Shown: piece by piece, positions 47,044-56,900 of the stretch
Numbering within the stretch: the first letter of the stretch is position 1
Layout: every line of letters starts with the position of its first letter
Origin: Candidatus Woesearchaeota archaeon
Lineage (GTDB): Archaea > Nanobdellota > Nanobdellia > Pacearchaeales > GW2011-AR1
Direction: 5' to 3'
Length of the DNA stretch: 64,000 nucleotides
Assembly: GCA_964557325.1 (NCBI GenBank)
Contig: CAZKZO010000001.1
Location: forward strand, 1,159-65,158
Program-made: the position numbers and the translations under genes
Notes under the pieces: generated by a model
What the model was told of the DNA's origin: nothing
The model's database searches: none
The model's input: only the letters and a program-made list of their open reading frames with translations

Positions 47044-48582
47044 CTAACATTTTTCAGAAAAAAGACATTTGAGCCAATCCATAACACCTTTAGGCATATC
47101 TTCAGGCTCTTCTCTAAAACTAGTTTCCTCTATAAAACCTTCAACACAAATACCATTTACACAATTATTATTAACACAAGGAGGACTTCCCAGCCAAGAA
47201 TTTACATTCCCATAAATATTACAATAAGATTCCTTAATACTCACAACTGTTTGAATGCCTTGTGAAGTATTCCAGCTATCTGTATGGCATTCATCTCCTA
47301 AAGAAGTATTTTCTAAAACATTTCTTTCCTCATCATAACCAATAGAAATTGCAACACCATAATTTTCAAAATCTCTTCCACCATTATCAGTTTCTTTGCA
47401 TTCATAAATAGGTAAACAAGTTCCATCTTCCTTAGCACCTTCAGGACACCTATACTCTTCAATGCCAATTGTTTTATCTTCTTTGCAATAAGTTTCAGAA
47501 ATTTTTCTTGAATCTATTTGTGTATCAGGAATTAAAGAAGGTGTTTGTATCGGAGATGTTGAAGAGGTTATTCCTCTTACATAATATTTTTTCCCACCAT
47601 CTGTATCATTACAATTTCCTTCAGACATACATATATTATTTGCACAAACAAATCCTGATGCACAATCTTCAGAAGTTTGGCATTGTCCTGTAGATTCAAT
47701 CCAAGAACTACATTGACTTAACTTAAGCCTATAATGTCTTTGTGTTCCTGAAAATCCTGTACTTGGAGCAGGAACTAAATTAGCACATAATTTATATTCT
47801 GAAAAAGGGTTTTGAGAAATATAATTTGAAATAAGTCGTTTTAATTCTTGTGCTTCTGTTTCATATTCAGGCCAATTCGCATTATCGCTATAAGTTATTA
47901 AAATATTATTTTCTCTAAGATAAACAGTAGTTGTAAAGGTCTTTGCTTCTGCAGAATCTGTATTTAAATCAAAAGATTCAACATTATTATTTGAAATGTC
48001 TTTATTATCTAAAATTGTTTTACCATAATTTAGAACATCTTTATTTGAACTAATAGCTCCTTCATCATCATACAAAAGAAGAAAGTCGTTTAAGTTTGTT
48101 GTACTCCCGCTTGTACAACTCTGACTTTCAACAGGCTTTCCTGTTGTAACACCACAAGAATTATTATCAGTACATGTTCTTGTTTGTTGTCCATTTACAC
48201 AATCTGTCCAATCATTACATTGCCAATCAGGAGTACAAGAATTATTAGTTTCATTACTTCCTCCTATATCTTCTTCACAAGCACCTTCACTACATCCATT
48301 AGGACAATCATAAAGTTCATAACTTCCAAGACCATCTTCTCCACATGCCCATTCTTTTACTTTTGAAGCTGTATAACAAGAATCAGGATAAATATAATTT
48401 TTTGAGTCAATAACATACCCATAATTAAAGTAATCCCAACCTCCATCAGAATCACTACATCCTGAAACAGAATGTCCTGTTATTTTATCCCATGTATTTG
48501 AAAAAAATCCTGCAGAAGCAAAAGACACAGACAATATTAAAAAGATAAATAAAAATAAAAATAATTTTCCTCTTCTTTTCAT
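47044..48582 (-). CDS. Secreted Cys-rich repeat protein
   Basis: Signal peptide MKRRGKLFLFLFIFLILSVSFASA. At least 3 copies of the module C-x-D-(S/T)-D-(G/N)-G-x-(D/K)-(Y/F)...G...C, and about 50 Cys in total. Confidence 0.4.
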   Translation of the reverse strand: MKRRGKLFLFLFIFLILSVSFASAGFFSNTWDKITGHSVSGCSDSDGGWDYFNYGYVIDSKNYIYPDSCYTASKVKEWACGEDGLGSYELYDCPNGCSEGACEEDIGGSNETNNSCTPDWQCNDWTDCVNGQQTRTCTDNNSCGVTTGKPVESQSCTSGSTTNLNDFLLLYDDEGAISSNKDVLNYGKTILDNKDISNNNVESFDLNTDSAEAKTFTTTVYLRENNILITYSDNANWPEYETEAQELKRLISNYISQNPFSEYKLCANLVPAPSTGFSGTQRHYRLKLSQCSSWIESTGQCQTSEDCASGFVCANNICMSEGNCNDTDGGKKYYVRGITSSTSPIQTPSLIPDTQIDSRKISETYCKEDKTIGIEEYRCPEGAKEDGTCLPIYECKETDNGGRDFENYGVAISIGYDEERNVLENTSLGDECHTDSWNTSQGIQTVVSIKESYCNIYGNVNSWLGSPPCVNNNCVNGICVEGFIEETSFREEPEDMPKGVMDWLKCLFSEKC

Positions 48583-48616
48583 GAGGTAATTAATAAAAAC
48601 TAGTTTAAAAATATTA

Positions 48617-49822
48617 TTATTTTGGAACCAAAGCATAGAAACTATATTTCTTTATAGCTTTTTTTGCAATCTCTTTAATATCTCTTTCTTTTACAGAGTT
48701 AATATTTTCTTCAAACTCATAAAGCTCTTTAGCATCTCCATTAATTTCATAAGAAAGTAAATTAGCCATTTGGTGTTGAGAATCTTCCATTGAAATAAGA
48801 TAATTTCCAATTATCTGTTTTTTTACTCTTTCTAATTCTCCTTTATCTAAAGCTTTTGTAATTTTTTCAAATTCTTTTAAAATTAAAGCCCTTACTTTTT
48901 CAACATTTTCCTTTTTAGTTCCAACATAAACATAATTATAAGCAAAGTCCTTATTAATATCAGAATGTCCTTTAACTGCATAAGCAAGATTTCTTTTCTC
49001 TCTTATTTCTGAAAATAATCTTGAAGACATCCCTCCAGCTAAAAGAACATTCAATACAAAAGCAGCATAACTTTTCTTATCTTTTGCATCAGGAACATGA
49101 TATGCAAAAATCAAATTTGCCTGGTCAATGCCTTGTCTTTTTTCAATTTTTTGTTTATTTATTTTTGCTACAGGAATCTTTTTAATTTCTCCTTTATCAC
49201 TTCCAAAATTTTTTTCTGTAAAAGCCACAATTTCTTCAAAATTTGCATCTCCAACCACACACAAAATCATATTATTTGATTTATACACTTTTTTGAATTT
49301 TTTAATAATTTTATCACGACTCAAAGAAAGAAGAGTTTTTTCTGTTCCAATCAAAGGAATTCCAAAAGGTTCCTCATATAATGACTTATGCATTTCATCA
49401 AAGATATGAAGTCTTGGATTATCTTTGTAAAGTTTTATTTCTTCAAAAATAACTTGTCTTTCTTTTTCAATTTCTTTTTTATCAAATAAAGGATTTTTAA
49501 CCATATCTCCTAAAACTTCCAAAGCAATATTCAAATGCTTGCTCGGCATTTTGCACCAAAAAGCAGTTGCAGATTCAGTAGTAAATCCATTTAACTCCCC
49601 ACCTTTTCTTTCAATTTCCTCTGCTATTTGCCTGGCATTTCTTTTAGAAGTGCCTTTATACAAAAGATGTTCTATAAAATGAGAAATTCCTTTTTCTTCA
49701 GCAGACTCATTTACTCCTCCTTGTTTAACTGCAAAAGCAACACTAACAACAGGAACATTTCTTTTTTCAAATAAAATAGTCATGCCATTCTTCAAAACTT
49801 TTTTATAAAATTTGTTTTCCAT
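48617..49822 (-). CDS. M16 family zinc peptidase (insulinase/pitrilysin-like)
   Basis: Inverted zinc motif HFIEHLLYKGT (HxxEH), with downstream Glu. About 400 aa. Confidence 0.7.
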   Translation of the reverse strand: MENKFYKKVLKNGMTILFEKRNVPVVSVAFAVKQGGVNESAEEKGISHFIEHLLYKGTSKRNARQIAEEIERKGGELNGFTTESATAFWCKMPSKHLNIALEVLGDMVKNPLFDKKEIEKERQVIFEEIKLYKDNPRLHIFDEMHKSLYEEPFGIPLIGTEKTLLSLSRDKIIKKFKKVYKSNNMILCVVGDANFEEIVAFTEKNFGSDKGEIKKIPVAKINKQKIEKRQGIDQANLIFAYHVPDAKDKKSYAAFVLNVLLAGGMSSRLFSEIREKRNLAYAVKGHSDINKDFAYNYVYVGTKKENVEKVRALILKEFEKITKALDKGELERVKKQIIGNYLISMEDSQHQMANLLSYEINGDAKELYEFEENINSVKERDIKEIAKKAIKKYSFYALVPK

Positions 49823-49846
49823 TCAATATAAAAAATAACTTGGTAT

Positions 49847-50086
49847 TTAAAAATAATTGTTCTGCATATTTTGCCTTAATAAAGTCATTATAATTATAAT
49901 TATTGCTGCTATGATAAAAATAGCAAACAAAATATAATATAATTTAATAAGAGTTTTAACTTCTTTTTCTTCAAAACCTTTTTTCTCTAACGTTTTAGAG
50001 GTATCTGCATGCGTAGCAACCAAATAAATAAAAAAATTAGCAGAAATTAAAACTATAAAAAACAAAACCCAAAATTTTTTACTCAT
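49847..50086 (-). CDS. Small membrane protein
   Basis: Two TM helices. Confidence 0.3.
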   Translation of the reverse strand: MSKKFWVLFFIVLISANFFIYLVATHADTSKTLEKKGFEEKEVKTLIKLYYILFAIFIIAAIIIIIMTLLRQNMQNNYF

Positions 50087-50099
50087 TTTAAACTTTCTT

Positions 50100-50291
50100 T
50101 TAAAATATTAAAAAGAAAACCAATACACCTAGACCTATAACTATTAAAGCAATAATTAACCAAAACCACCATTTTTTGAAGATAGATTTTTTTGGTCCCT
50201 GCATTTGTGTACCTGGTTGCATTCCAGGAGCACCTGGCTGACCTGTCTGCTGTGGGTTCTGTTGCATTGGTTGTTGAACTTGTTGAGCCAT
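50100..50291 (-). CDS. Small membrane protein with a Q/P-rich N-terminus
   Basis: MAQQVQQPMQQNPQQTGQPGAPGMQPG... followed by a single TM helix. Confidence 0.35.
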   Translation of the reverse strand: MAQQVQQPMQQNPQQTGQPGAPGMQPGTQMQGPKKSIFKKWWFWLIIALIVIGLGVLVFFLIF

Positions 50292-50428
50292 TTTAACCTC
50301 TTTAATTTATAATATTAAGAAAAAATCTATTATAAATCTTACCCTTAAAACGGCTTTGCACAAAAAGTAGATTAATTTAATTCTTGCACAAAAAGTAAAC
50401 CATTAAAAATCTTTAAATCTAATTAGTT

Positions 50429-50746
50429 TTGATGAAACTAAGAGAATTTTTAAAGAAACATGGAAAGAAATTAAATGATTTAGAGACTCATTTTATCACC
50501 GATGTGTTTTATCCTGATTATGGAGAAAAGGGGCTTGATTTAATAAAACCACAAGTGAGGATTGAGAAATCTCATGAAAAGAAATTAAATAATGTTAATA
50601 AAAATACTGAGAAAAATAAGCCTAAAGCTGAAACAGACAGGGTTGTTGGGACAGTAACTAAAAAACAAAAGAAAGTTATACAAGGATTGATTGGGAATAT
50701 TGGAAGCAATGAACAAGATGTAGTAAGAAAAATATTGACAATTTAG
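50429..50746 (+). CDS. Hypothetical protein
   Basis: 105-aa ORF with no recognisable motif. Confidence 0.25.
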   Translation: MMKLREFLKKHGKKLNDLETHFITDVFYPDYGEKGLDLIKPQVRIEKSHEKKLNNVNKNTEKNKPKAETDRVVGTVTKKQKKVIQGLIGNIGSNEQDVVRKILTI

Positions 50747-50943
50747 TTGTATAATGAAGGCTATCTTAAAGACAACGTAAATAACTCAACTAAATAAAAA
50801 TTTAAATTCCACAACAACAGAGTTACAATTCGTTACAAACACAGGAACAGATGTTGTATTAACACATTTGCATGATTTAGAAAAAATAGGAAAAGTAATA
50901 AAACAAAGGAAAGGTAAAAGACATATCTGGAATATAAGTTAAA

Positions 50944-51855
50944 ATGGCATCAACAAATCAATCTCCAGCATATCAAAAAGCAGAAGGAAAATTCTTGACT
51001 GCACAGACAAAAGAACAGAAATTGAAATTTCTAAAAGAGATGATTAGAGAATGTCCAAAACATAAATCCGCAGAAAAGATGTTAGCAAATCTTAAAACCC
51101 GCTTAAAAAAACTTCAAAATCAGTTTGAAAAACAAAAAACATCAGGAAAGCCAAGCAAAACAGGAATTAAAAAACATGAAATGCAAGCAGTGATTATAGG
51201 ATTTACAAACACAGGGAAATCAACCTTACTTAATACCCTGACTAATGCAGAACCAAGGATAGCACCTCATCATTTTACAACAAAAAATCCTATTATAGGT
51301 ATGTTAAAGCATAATCAAACAAATATACAATTAATTGAAATCCCTGCATTTGAATCTGAATTTTATGACAAAGGACTTGTAAACACAGCTGACACTATTT
51401 TAATTTTAATTACAAACTTAGAGCAAATAAAGCATATAGAAAAAGAACTTTCATTATCTAAAGGAAAAAAAATCATCATTTTTAATAATATAAAAAACAA
51501 TGATGAAAGAAAAATCTCATCAACCTTAAAAAGTAAAAAGTATAATTTTGCAATAATCAATACAAAACAAAAAAACCCTGAGGAATTCAGAAAATTAAAA
51601 GATAAAATCTTCAATAGTTTTGATAAAATTCGTGTTTTCACAAAAGAACCAGGTAAAAAACCTGACAAATCACGCCCTCTTGTTCTAGAAAAAGATTCCA
51701 GGGTTAAAGATGCTGCAGAAAAAATACTTCATGGATTTTCAAATAAAATTAAAGAATCTTTTGTTACAGGCCCTAGCAGTAAATTTCCAAATCAAAAAGT
51801 AGGGCTTAAACATGTTTTAAAAGATAAAGATATTTTAGAATTTAAAACACAGTAG
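50944..51855 (+). CDS. Obg/DRG-like GTPase with a C-terminal TGS domain (G3/G4 motifs degenerate)
   Basis: G1 GFTNTGKST and G2 HFTTKNP. The TGS-like C-terminus (IRVFTKEPGKKPD...PLVLEKDSRVKDAAEKILHGFSNKIKESFVTGPSSKFPNQKVGLKHVLKDKDILEF) matches the DRG TGS consensus. Confidence 0.45.
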   Translation: MASTNQSPAYQKAEGKFLTAQTKEQKLKFLKEMIRECPKHKSAEKMLANLKTRLKKLQNQFEKQKTSGKPSKTGIKKHEMQAVIIGFTNTGKSTLLNTLTNAEPRIAPHHFTTKNPIIGMLKHNQTNIQLIEIPAFESEFYDKGLVNTADTILILITNLEQIKHIEKELSLSKGKKIIIFNNIKNNDERKISSTLKSKKYNFAIINTKQKNPEEFRKLKDKIFNSFDKIRVFTKEPGKKPDKSRPLVLEKDSRVKDAAEKILHGFSNKIKESFVTGPSSKFPNQKVGLKHVLKDKDILEFKTQ

Positions 51856-51910
51856 AAAATATACTTTTAATTATGGCAATTGATTTAAAGAAGAATTTCT
51901 TAAGAAACAC

Positions 51911-52348
51911 ATGGGAATAGAATATCAATACATGCAAACCAAACTGCTTTTTTCAGATAGATTATGTGCCTTATTTGTTTTTGCCCAAAAACAGAGTCCT
52001 TATAAAAATGTTGCTTTCAGAGCAAGTAACCATAAGCTTGAAAAAACCTTCTTAGAACTAATTGAAAATGAAAAAAATCAAGAACTCCTAAAAATTATTA
52101 AATCAAAAAATGGAACACTTCCTTCATTATACAAATCTCTTGAAAGAATGCAATTAGGAGGAATTATTGCTCGAAGAGACATAACAGACCCTGAACTTTT
52201 ATTTTTACAAGAGAGTGTACAAAAATATTATAAAAATTATGTTAAACCAAGGCTTTCTGAAGAAGAAATTTCAGATCTTGAGAATTTAGCAAGAGAATTT
52301 TCAGAAAAAATAGAAGTTATTAAAACCAAAGAAAACATTATAAGCTAA
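51911..52348 (+). CDS. Hypothetical protein
   Basis: 145-aa ORF with no recognisable motif. Confidence 0.25.
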   Translation: MGIEYQYMQTKLLFSDRLCALFVFAQKQSPYKNVAFRASNHKLEKTFLELIENEKNQELLKIIKSKNGTLPSLYKSLERMQLGGIIARRDITDPELLFLQESVQKYYKNYVKPRLSEEEISDLENLAREFSEKIEVIKTKENIIS

Positions 52349-52387
52349 AATAATAATTAATTTAAATTTAAATAATTTAATTTTCTT

Positions 52388-52660
52388 ATGAACAAAAAAG
52401 AAATAAGTATAATTATGACCTCTTCAATTATCTCTGTAATCATAGCTATTCTTGGAGGGATATTATGGGATGAGAATAAAATTATTTCCATAATAACGAT
52501 TTTGATGGCAAGTATACTTCTTTTCTTTTTATTGTATTTAGCACAAATAAAAACAAATGAAGAAAACATAAAAAACATGAGGGAAGAATTTAAAAAAATA
52601 AAAGAAAAACTTATAATCTCTGAAAGATTGAATAGATTAGAATTAAAGGTGTTCAAATGA
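52388..52660 (+). CDS. Small membrane protein with a coiled-coil tail
   Basis: Two TM helices plus a charged helix. Preferred over the antisense ORF 52357..52656. Confidence 0.3.
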   Translation: MNKKEISIIMTSSIISVIIAILGGILWDENKIISIITILMASILLFFLLYLAQIKTNEENIKNMREEFKKIKEKLIISERLNRLELKVFK

Positions 52661-52767
52661 ATAAAAAAGGCTTTACAAGCACAGACATGTTGGAAATTAT
52701 TAAAATCATTATAATCACTATAATTGGTTTATTCCTTATTGGAACTTTAATAAGAACTCTTTTTTAA
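52657..52767 (+). CDS. Solitary mini-pilin-like peptide (36 aa)
   Basis: MNKKG-FTSTDMLEIIKIIIITIIGLFLIG: a G-F class III-like N-terminus followed by a hydrophobic helix. ATGA overlap with the upstream gene. Confidence 0.25.
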   Translation: MNKKGFTSTDMLEIIKIIIITIIGLFLIGTLIRTLF

Positions 52768-52773
52768 TTCTTT

Positions 52774-53727
52774 TCACTTCCAACTTTTCCTTATTGGAGC
52801 AATTATTTTTTCAAGAGATTCTGCAACTGCTTTTTTCAAATCAGCAGGATGTAATTCACCCAACTCAAAGCTTTTTTCCAAACTTTTATAATTTTTAAAC
52901 TCAATATCTCCTCCAAACTTGTTACTTCTTTTTATTTTCATCTTTTCAAACTTTGGAAAAATAATTAAACGAGTTATAGCTAAAACAGGATTGTTTTTAA
53001 TATCTCTTGTCTGGCAATAAGCTTTATTTATTTTTTTTTCAATATCTTTTTTACTATCTCTAATAGAAATAAAACTTTCTTTGATAGAACTTGACATTTT
53101 AGTCCCAGGTCCTTTTAATCCTGGAATTAAAGGTGTATAAAGATAAACAGCTTCTTGCAAACCAATATCTTGACCTTCATCAACACCTAACATATAAATT
53201 TTTCTCTGGTCACTTCCAGCAACTACAAAATTAGTTTTAAGATATTTTACATCAGCAACCTGCATTAAAGGATAAATAATCTGGCTTATTTTTGCATTTT
53301 CAATATCTCTTGCTACTTTTTGCATTGAACGAACACCTCTATTAACAGTGACATGTAAAGCAAGTTTAAGTATATCTTCAAAATAATCTGATTTTCTTTG
53401 ATAACTTGTTCCTCTAACAATTTCTGCTCTTAATCCAATAGCCTTAAATCCTTTTTCCCACTGCTTTAATTGAGAATTGACAAAATCCCAATCACCTTTT
53501 TTATTCAGCCATGTATGCCAATCAGCAAGCAAAATTTTAACTTTAATACCAGCTTTTTGTAAATCAAGAAGTTTAAGAATAGTTACAAGATGTCCTAAAT
53601 GAATTTCTCCACTACACTCATACCCACAATAAACAACTCCTTTTTTCAGAAATTTTCTTATCTTATCTTCATTAATTACTTCTACAGTATTTCTCTTTAT
53701 TAACTCTATACTTTTTTTATTATTCAT
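52774..53727 (-). CDS. tyrS: Tyrosyl-tRNA synthetase (archaeal type)
   Basis: HIGH motif (GEIHLGH) and KMSKS motif (KMSSS). Shares many conserved segments with Methanocaldococcus TyrRS (IKRNT.E.I, DLQKAG, YPLMQVAD, QRKIYML, KAYC, HPADLKKAVAE). Confidence 0.9.
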   Translation of the reverse strand: MNNKKSIELIKRNTVEVINEDKIRKFLKKGVVYCGYECSGEIHLGHLVTILKLLDLQKAGIKVKILLADWHTWLNKKGDWDFVNSQLKQWEKGFKAIGLRAEIVRGTSYQRKSDYFEDILKLALHVTVNRGVRSMQKVARDIENAKISQIIYPLMQVADVKYLKTNFVVAGSDQRKIYMLGVDEGQDIGLQEAVYLYTPLIPGLKGPGTKMSSSIKESFISIRDSKKDIEKKINKAYCQTRDIKNNPVLAITRLIIFPKFEKMKIKRSNKFGGDIEFKNYKSLEKSFELGELHPADLKKAVAESLEKIIAPIRKSWK

Positions 53728-53779
53728 ATATTTAAAAATAAAATCAAATTATTAAAACTTATTGTTTTAGAGTTTTTGT

Positions 53780-54520
53780 TTAAAAAATTCCACCTTGATT
53801 CGCACCTGTTTCTTGCCCTTGTGTATTTTCTTCTCCAGAAACATTATCACCAGGAATATTTGCCTGACCTGTATCATTTTCAGTATCTCCACCTGACACA
53901 ATTCCCTGACCTTTTTTCTGAAATTCTTCATGTGCTTGGGAAAACTCTTCTCCACTTTCACTTCCTACATTATTAAAAGCTTTTTGAAGTCCTTCTTGTG
54001 CTTGTTCCGGAGTTTCACTCATCACTCTTTGCAATGTTTGTTGAGCAACTTGTTCGCCTTTTTCAGGATTCTGGTTTTTTAAAGCATTAACAGCTTCCTC
54101 TCTTCCTCTTACACTATTTTCCATTGCTCTTTCAATTGCAGATTTAGCTTCTTCAGGAACTTGCTCTAAGACACCTGCAAGAACAACCATGTGTCTTGTT
54201 GTTTGATTTGCTACTTTTTCTGCAGTCTTTTCATTATTCTGAGATTTTTCTTTTAATTTTTCAAGGTTTTTTTCATACAATTCAAGAGAACGATTCATTT
54301 CCTTTTCTTTTCCTTCTTGAGCCATTACTACAGTTTCTGCTGCTTTTTCGTCTGCAAGACTTTCTGCGCTTTGAAACCCGTCAAAAAATCTATCTAAAAA
54401 ATAAAAAGTACTATCTGGAGTAATTCCGGGATTTCCTAAATCTTCTTCAAGTTGTGCAGAAGCAATTCCTAAACTAAAAACCAACATGCTTGCAAAAACA
54501 AACGTCATTATTTTTTCCAT
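53780..54520 (-). CDS. Secreted alpha-helical E/Q-rich protein
   Basis: Signal peptide MEKIMTFVFASMLVFSLGIASA; local GC is higher than the backbone. Confidence 0.35.
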   Translation of the reverse strand: MEKIMTFVFASMLVFSLGIASAQLEEDLGNPGITPDSTFYFLDRFFDGFQSAESLADEKAAETVVMAQEGKEKEMNRSLELYEKNLEKLKEKSQNNEKTAEKVANQTTRHMVVLAGVLEQVPEEAKSAIERAMENSVRGREEAVNALKNQNPEKGEQVAQQTLQRVMSETPEQAQEGLQKAFNNVGSESGEEFSQAHEEFQKKGQGIVSGGDTENDTGQANIPGDNVSGEENTQGQETGANQGGIF

Positions 54521-54722
54521 GCTTAATAAAAGAAATAATTGTTTAAAAACCTATTGATAGATAACTTTTTCCTTATTTCTAATTTTGCACTTCTTCATTT
54601 ATAAAAAATTATTAATTATAAACCTAAAAACCTAAAAATTACTGAAAAAGAACTCTTCATCAATTTGAGTTTCTTTTTTTCATTCATATTTCTAAATAAG
54701 AATTCTATTTATTAAAACTTTC

Positions 54723-56849
54723 TTAAAAATATTGTTGTATTGATCCTGAACCAATATTTCCAGATTTATCCTTACATTTAATATAATAGGTATAAAGTCC
54801 TTTAGGAGGAGAGTATGCTTCTCCAATTGAGTTTGATTTCTGATGAATTGTTCCATAATCTGTTTCAGAAAAAGGAATCATTTCATTATAATTTAAACCA
54901 GAATCCAAAGACCATACACAAAGAGCTCTTTCAGAAGTTATTAAATATTTCCCAAGCCAATATCCCTCTGGTTTATAAGTCATCCATTTTTCTAACATTA
55001 AAGGAGGTGTTGAAGAAATCCCAAAACTATCTGTAAAATTATATTTAACACTACTTAATGTTGTTGTTCCAGAAACTCCTTGACAAGCAACAAACATTGT
55101 TCCTTGATTAGGGTTAAAAATAGGAGAACCTGTAATAGCATAAGCACTAGTATGGTAATTATTTTGAGGCGGGATTGTAAGAGGGTTAGATGATTTATGC
55201 ATTAAAAGAGGATAATCTTCAAAATTAGGTTTCCATTCCCAAGAATACCTACAATCTGCAGCTTCAGAAGTTATTGCAATTGTTTTTATAGCGACACCAT
55301 AATTTCTTTCTTCACCAACATAAATCTTTTCAATAATTCCTTCTGGATTATTTGAACAATCCTCTAAACAAGAAACTATATTTTCTCCAAGCATACAATT
55401 TTCATCTCCACAAAAACCAAGAAAATTTCCTGCACCTAAATCACAAGTTGAATTACAAACAATACAACTTGTTTCCCCATATTCACAATATTCAGTAATA
55501 TTATTTCCATCATCACAACCTTCCTCTCCCTCCAAAATATTATTCCCACAAATAGGCTGACAATCACTTGGACATCCTGTTAAAGTTTCTCCTGCATCAC
55601 AAACACCATCATAATCACACCAAGGCTCAGGACCAATACAAGCACCACCACTACATCCATAAGGACAAGTATATATTCTAGAATCATACTCTCCAGTAAA
55701 GGTCGGATTTAACAACCCAATTATTTCACACCTATATTCTGTCACACTTTCAGTAGTATAACAAAAATCTGTTTTAGTTACTCCATGAACATCTGTAACA
55801 GTTCCTTTAGTATAATATCCTGTAGGCCCATCACTATCACTACATTCAGGAGAAGATGTATCTTGAACACACTCTCCATATTCACAAACCTCTCCTGTTG
55901 GACAAGTTCCACAATTAATAAAACCACCACAACCATCAGGTTCATCGCCAAGACTGCATTCATAAGAATCACATGTAAGAGGAATACAGGGGCTTGCTAT
56001 AGGCACACAAACATTTGCTGATGTACACTCATAACCTGTATTACAACCACCGCAATCTACACTATACCCGCAATTATTTGTTTTTATTCCACATTCAACT
56101 CCTGAACAAGTTAATGTAATAGACTCGTTTACACAATCCTGGGGAACACAAATATTATTCACACAAGTTTCATTTGCATTAACATCACAATCATCATTAA
56201 TTAAACACTCTCCCCTAATACAGCTCCCATTTTCATCAGAAATAAATTCACTAGGACAAGTACAATCTGCTAAACAATTCTCACCTCCATCACATTCTAC
56301 CTCAGAATCTTCATTAGAATAATTCCAGGTTCCATCACAAGACATAGGAATTTCAACACATTCATAATTCATACAAATTTCATTATCTTCAAAATCACAA
56401 TCAGAATTATTTGTACATTCATAAACACACTCTCCACTTACACAAATTTTATTTCCTGTACAATCACTATCTAAAATACACTCATCGTCTCCTGTTGAAC
56501 CACCATTAGAATCTCCACCAGAACCACTCCCAGAATCATATCCTCCAGAACCACTTGTTTGTCCTCCATAAGAACCTCCTCCAGAAGTAGCACCTTCTGA
56601 ACCTGTAGATTCTTGGGTTAACTTTGTTGAAAAAAACAAAAGTAATGCAACAATTATTATAACTAATGCAAGAATTGCAAAGAAAAGATACATGTAAACT
56701 TTTTTTCTTGGAGGATTTAATTTTTTATTTCCAAAAGCAGGGTTTTGTCCAGAACTTTTTCTCTGGATAGTACCTGGTTTTGGTCCTGGTTTATGACCAT
56801 AAACAGGATTTCTTCTTACAGGAGGCCCGCCTCTTTTAGGATTATTCAT
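54723..56849 (-). CDS. Type II membrane-anchored Cys-rich surface protein
   Basis: Basic Pro-rich cytoplasmic N-terminus, a TM helix, a G/S-rich linker, then about 80 Cys in EGF-like CxxxC arrays. Includes the module CSDSDGPTGYYTKGTV...C shared with 47044..48582. Confidence 0.45.
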   Translation of the reverse strand: MNNPKRGGPPVRRNPVYGHKPGPKPGTIQRKSSGQNPAFGNKKLNPPRKKVYMYLFFAILALVIIIVALLLFFSTKLTQESTGSEGATSGGGSYGGQTSGSGGYDSGSGSGGDSNGGSTGDDECILDSDCTGNKICVSGECVYECTNNSDCDFEDNEICMNYECVEIPMSCDGTWNYSNEDSEVECDGGENCLADCTCPSEFISDENGSCIRGECLINDDCDVNANETCVNNICVPQDCVNESITLTCSGVECGIKTNNCGYSVDCGGCNTGYECTSANVCVPIASPCIPLTCDSYECSLGDEPDGCGGFINCGTCPTGEVCEYGECVQDTSSPECSDSDGPTGYYTKGTVTDVHGVTKTDFCYTTESVTEYRCEIIGLLNPTFTGEYDSRIYTCPYGCSGGACIGPEPWCDYDGVCDAGETLTGCPSDCQPICGNNILEGEEGCDDGNNITEYCEYGETSCIVCNSTCDLGAGNFLGFCGDENCMLGENIVSCLEDCSNNPEGIIEKIYVGEERNYGVAIKTIAITSEAADCRYSWEWKPNFEDYPLLMHKSSNPLTIPPQNNYHTSAYAITGSPIFNPNQGTMFVACQGVSGTTTLSSVKYNFTDSFGISSTPPLMLEKWMTYKPEGYWLGKYLITSERALCVWSLDSGLNYNEMIPFSETDYGTIHQKSNSIGEAYSPPKGLYTYYIKCKDKSGNIGSGSIQQYF

Positions 56850-56900
56850 TTTAAAATGAAATTTAAGAGATTATTTAAATTTTCTTGTTTTATAAAAAAC

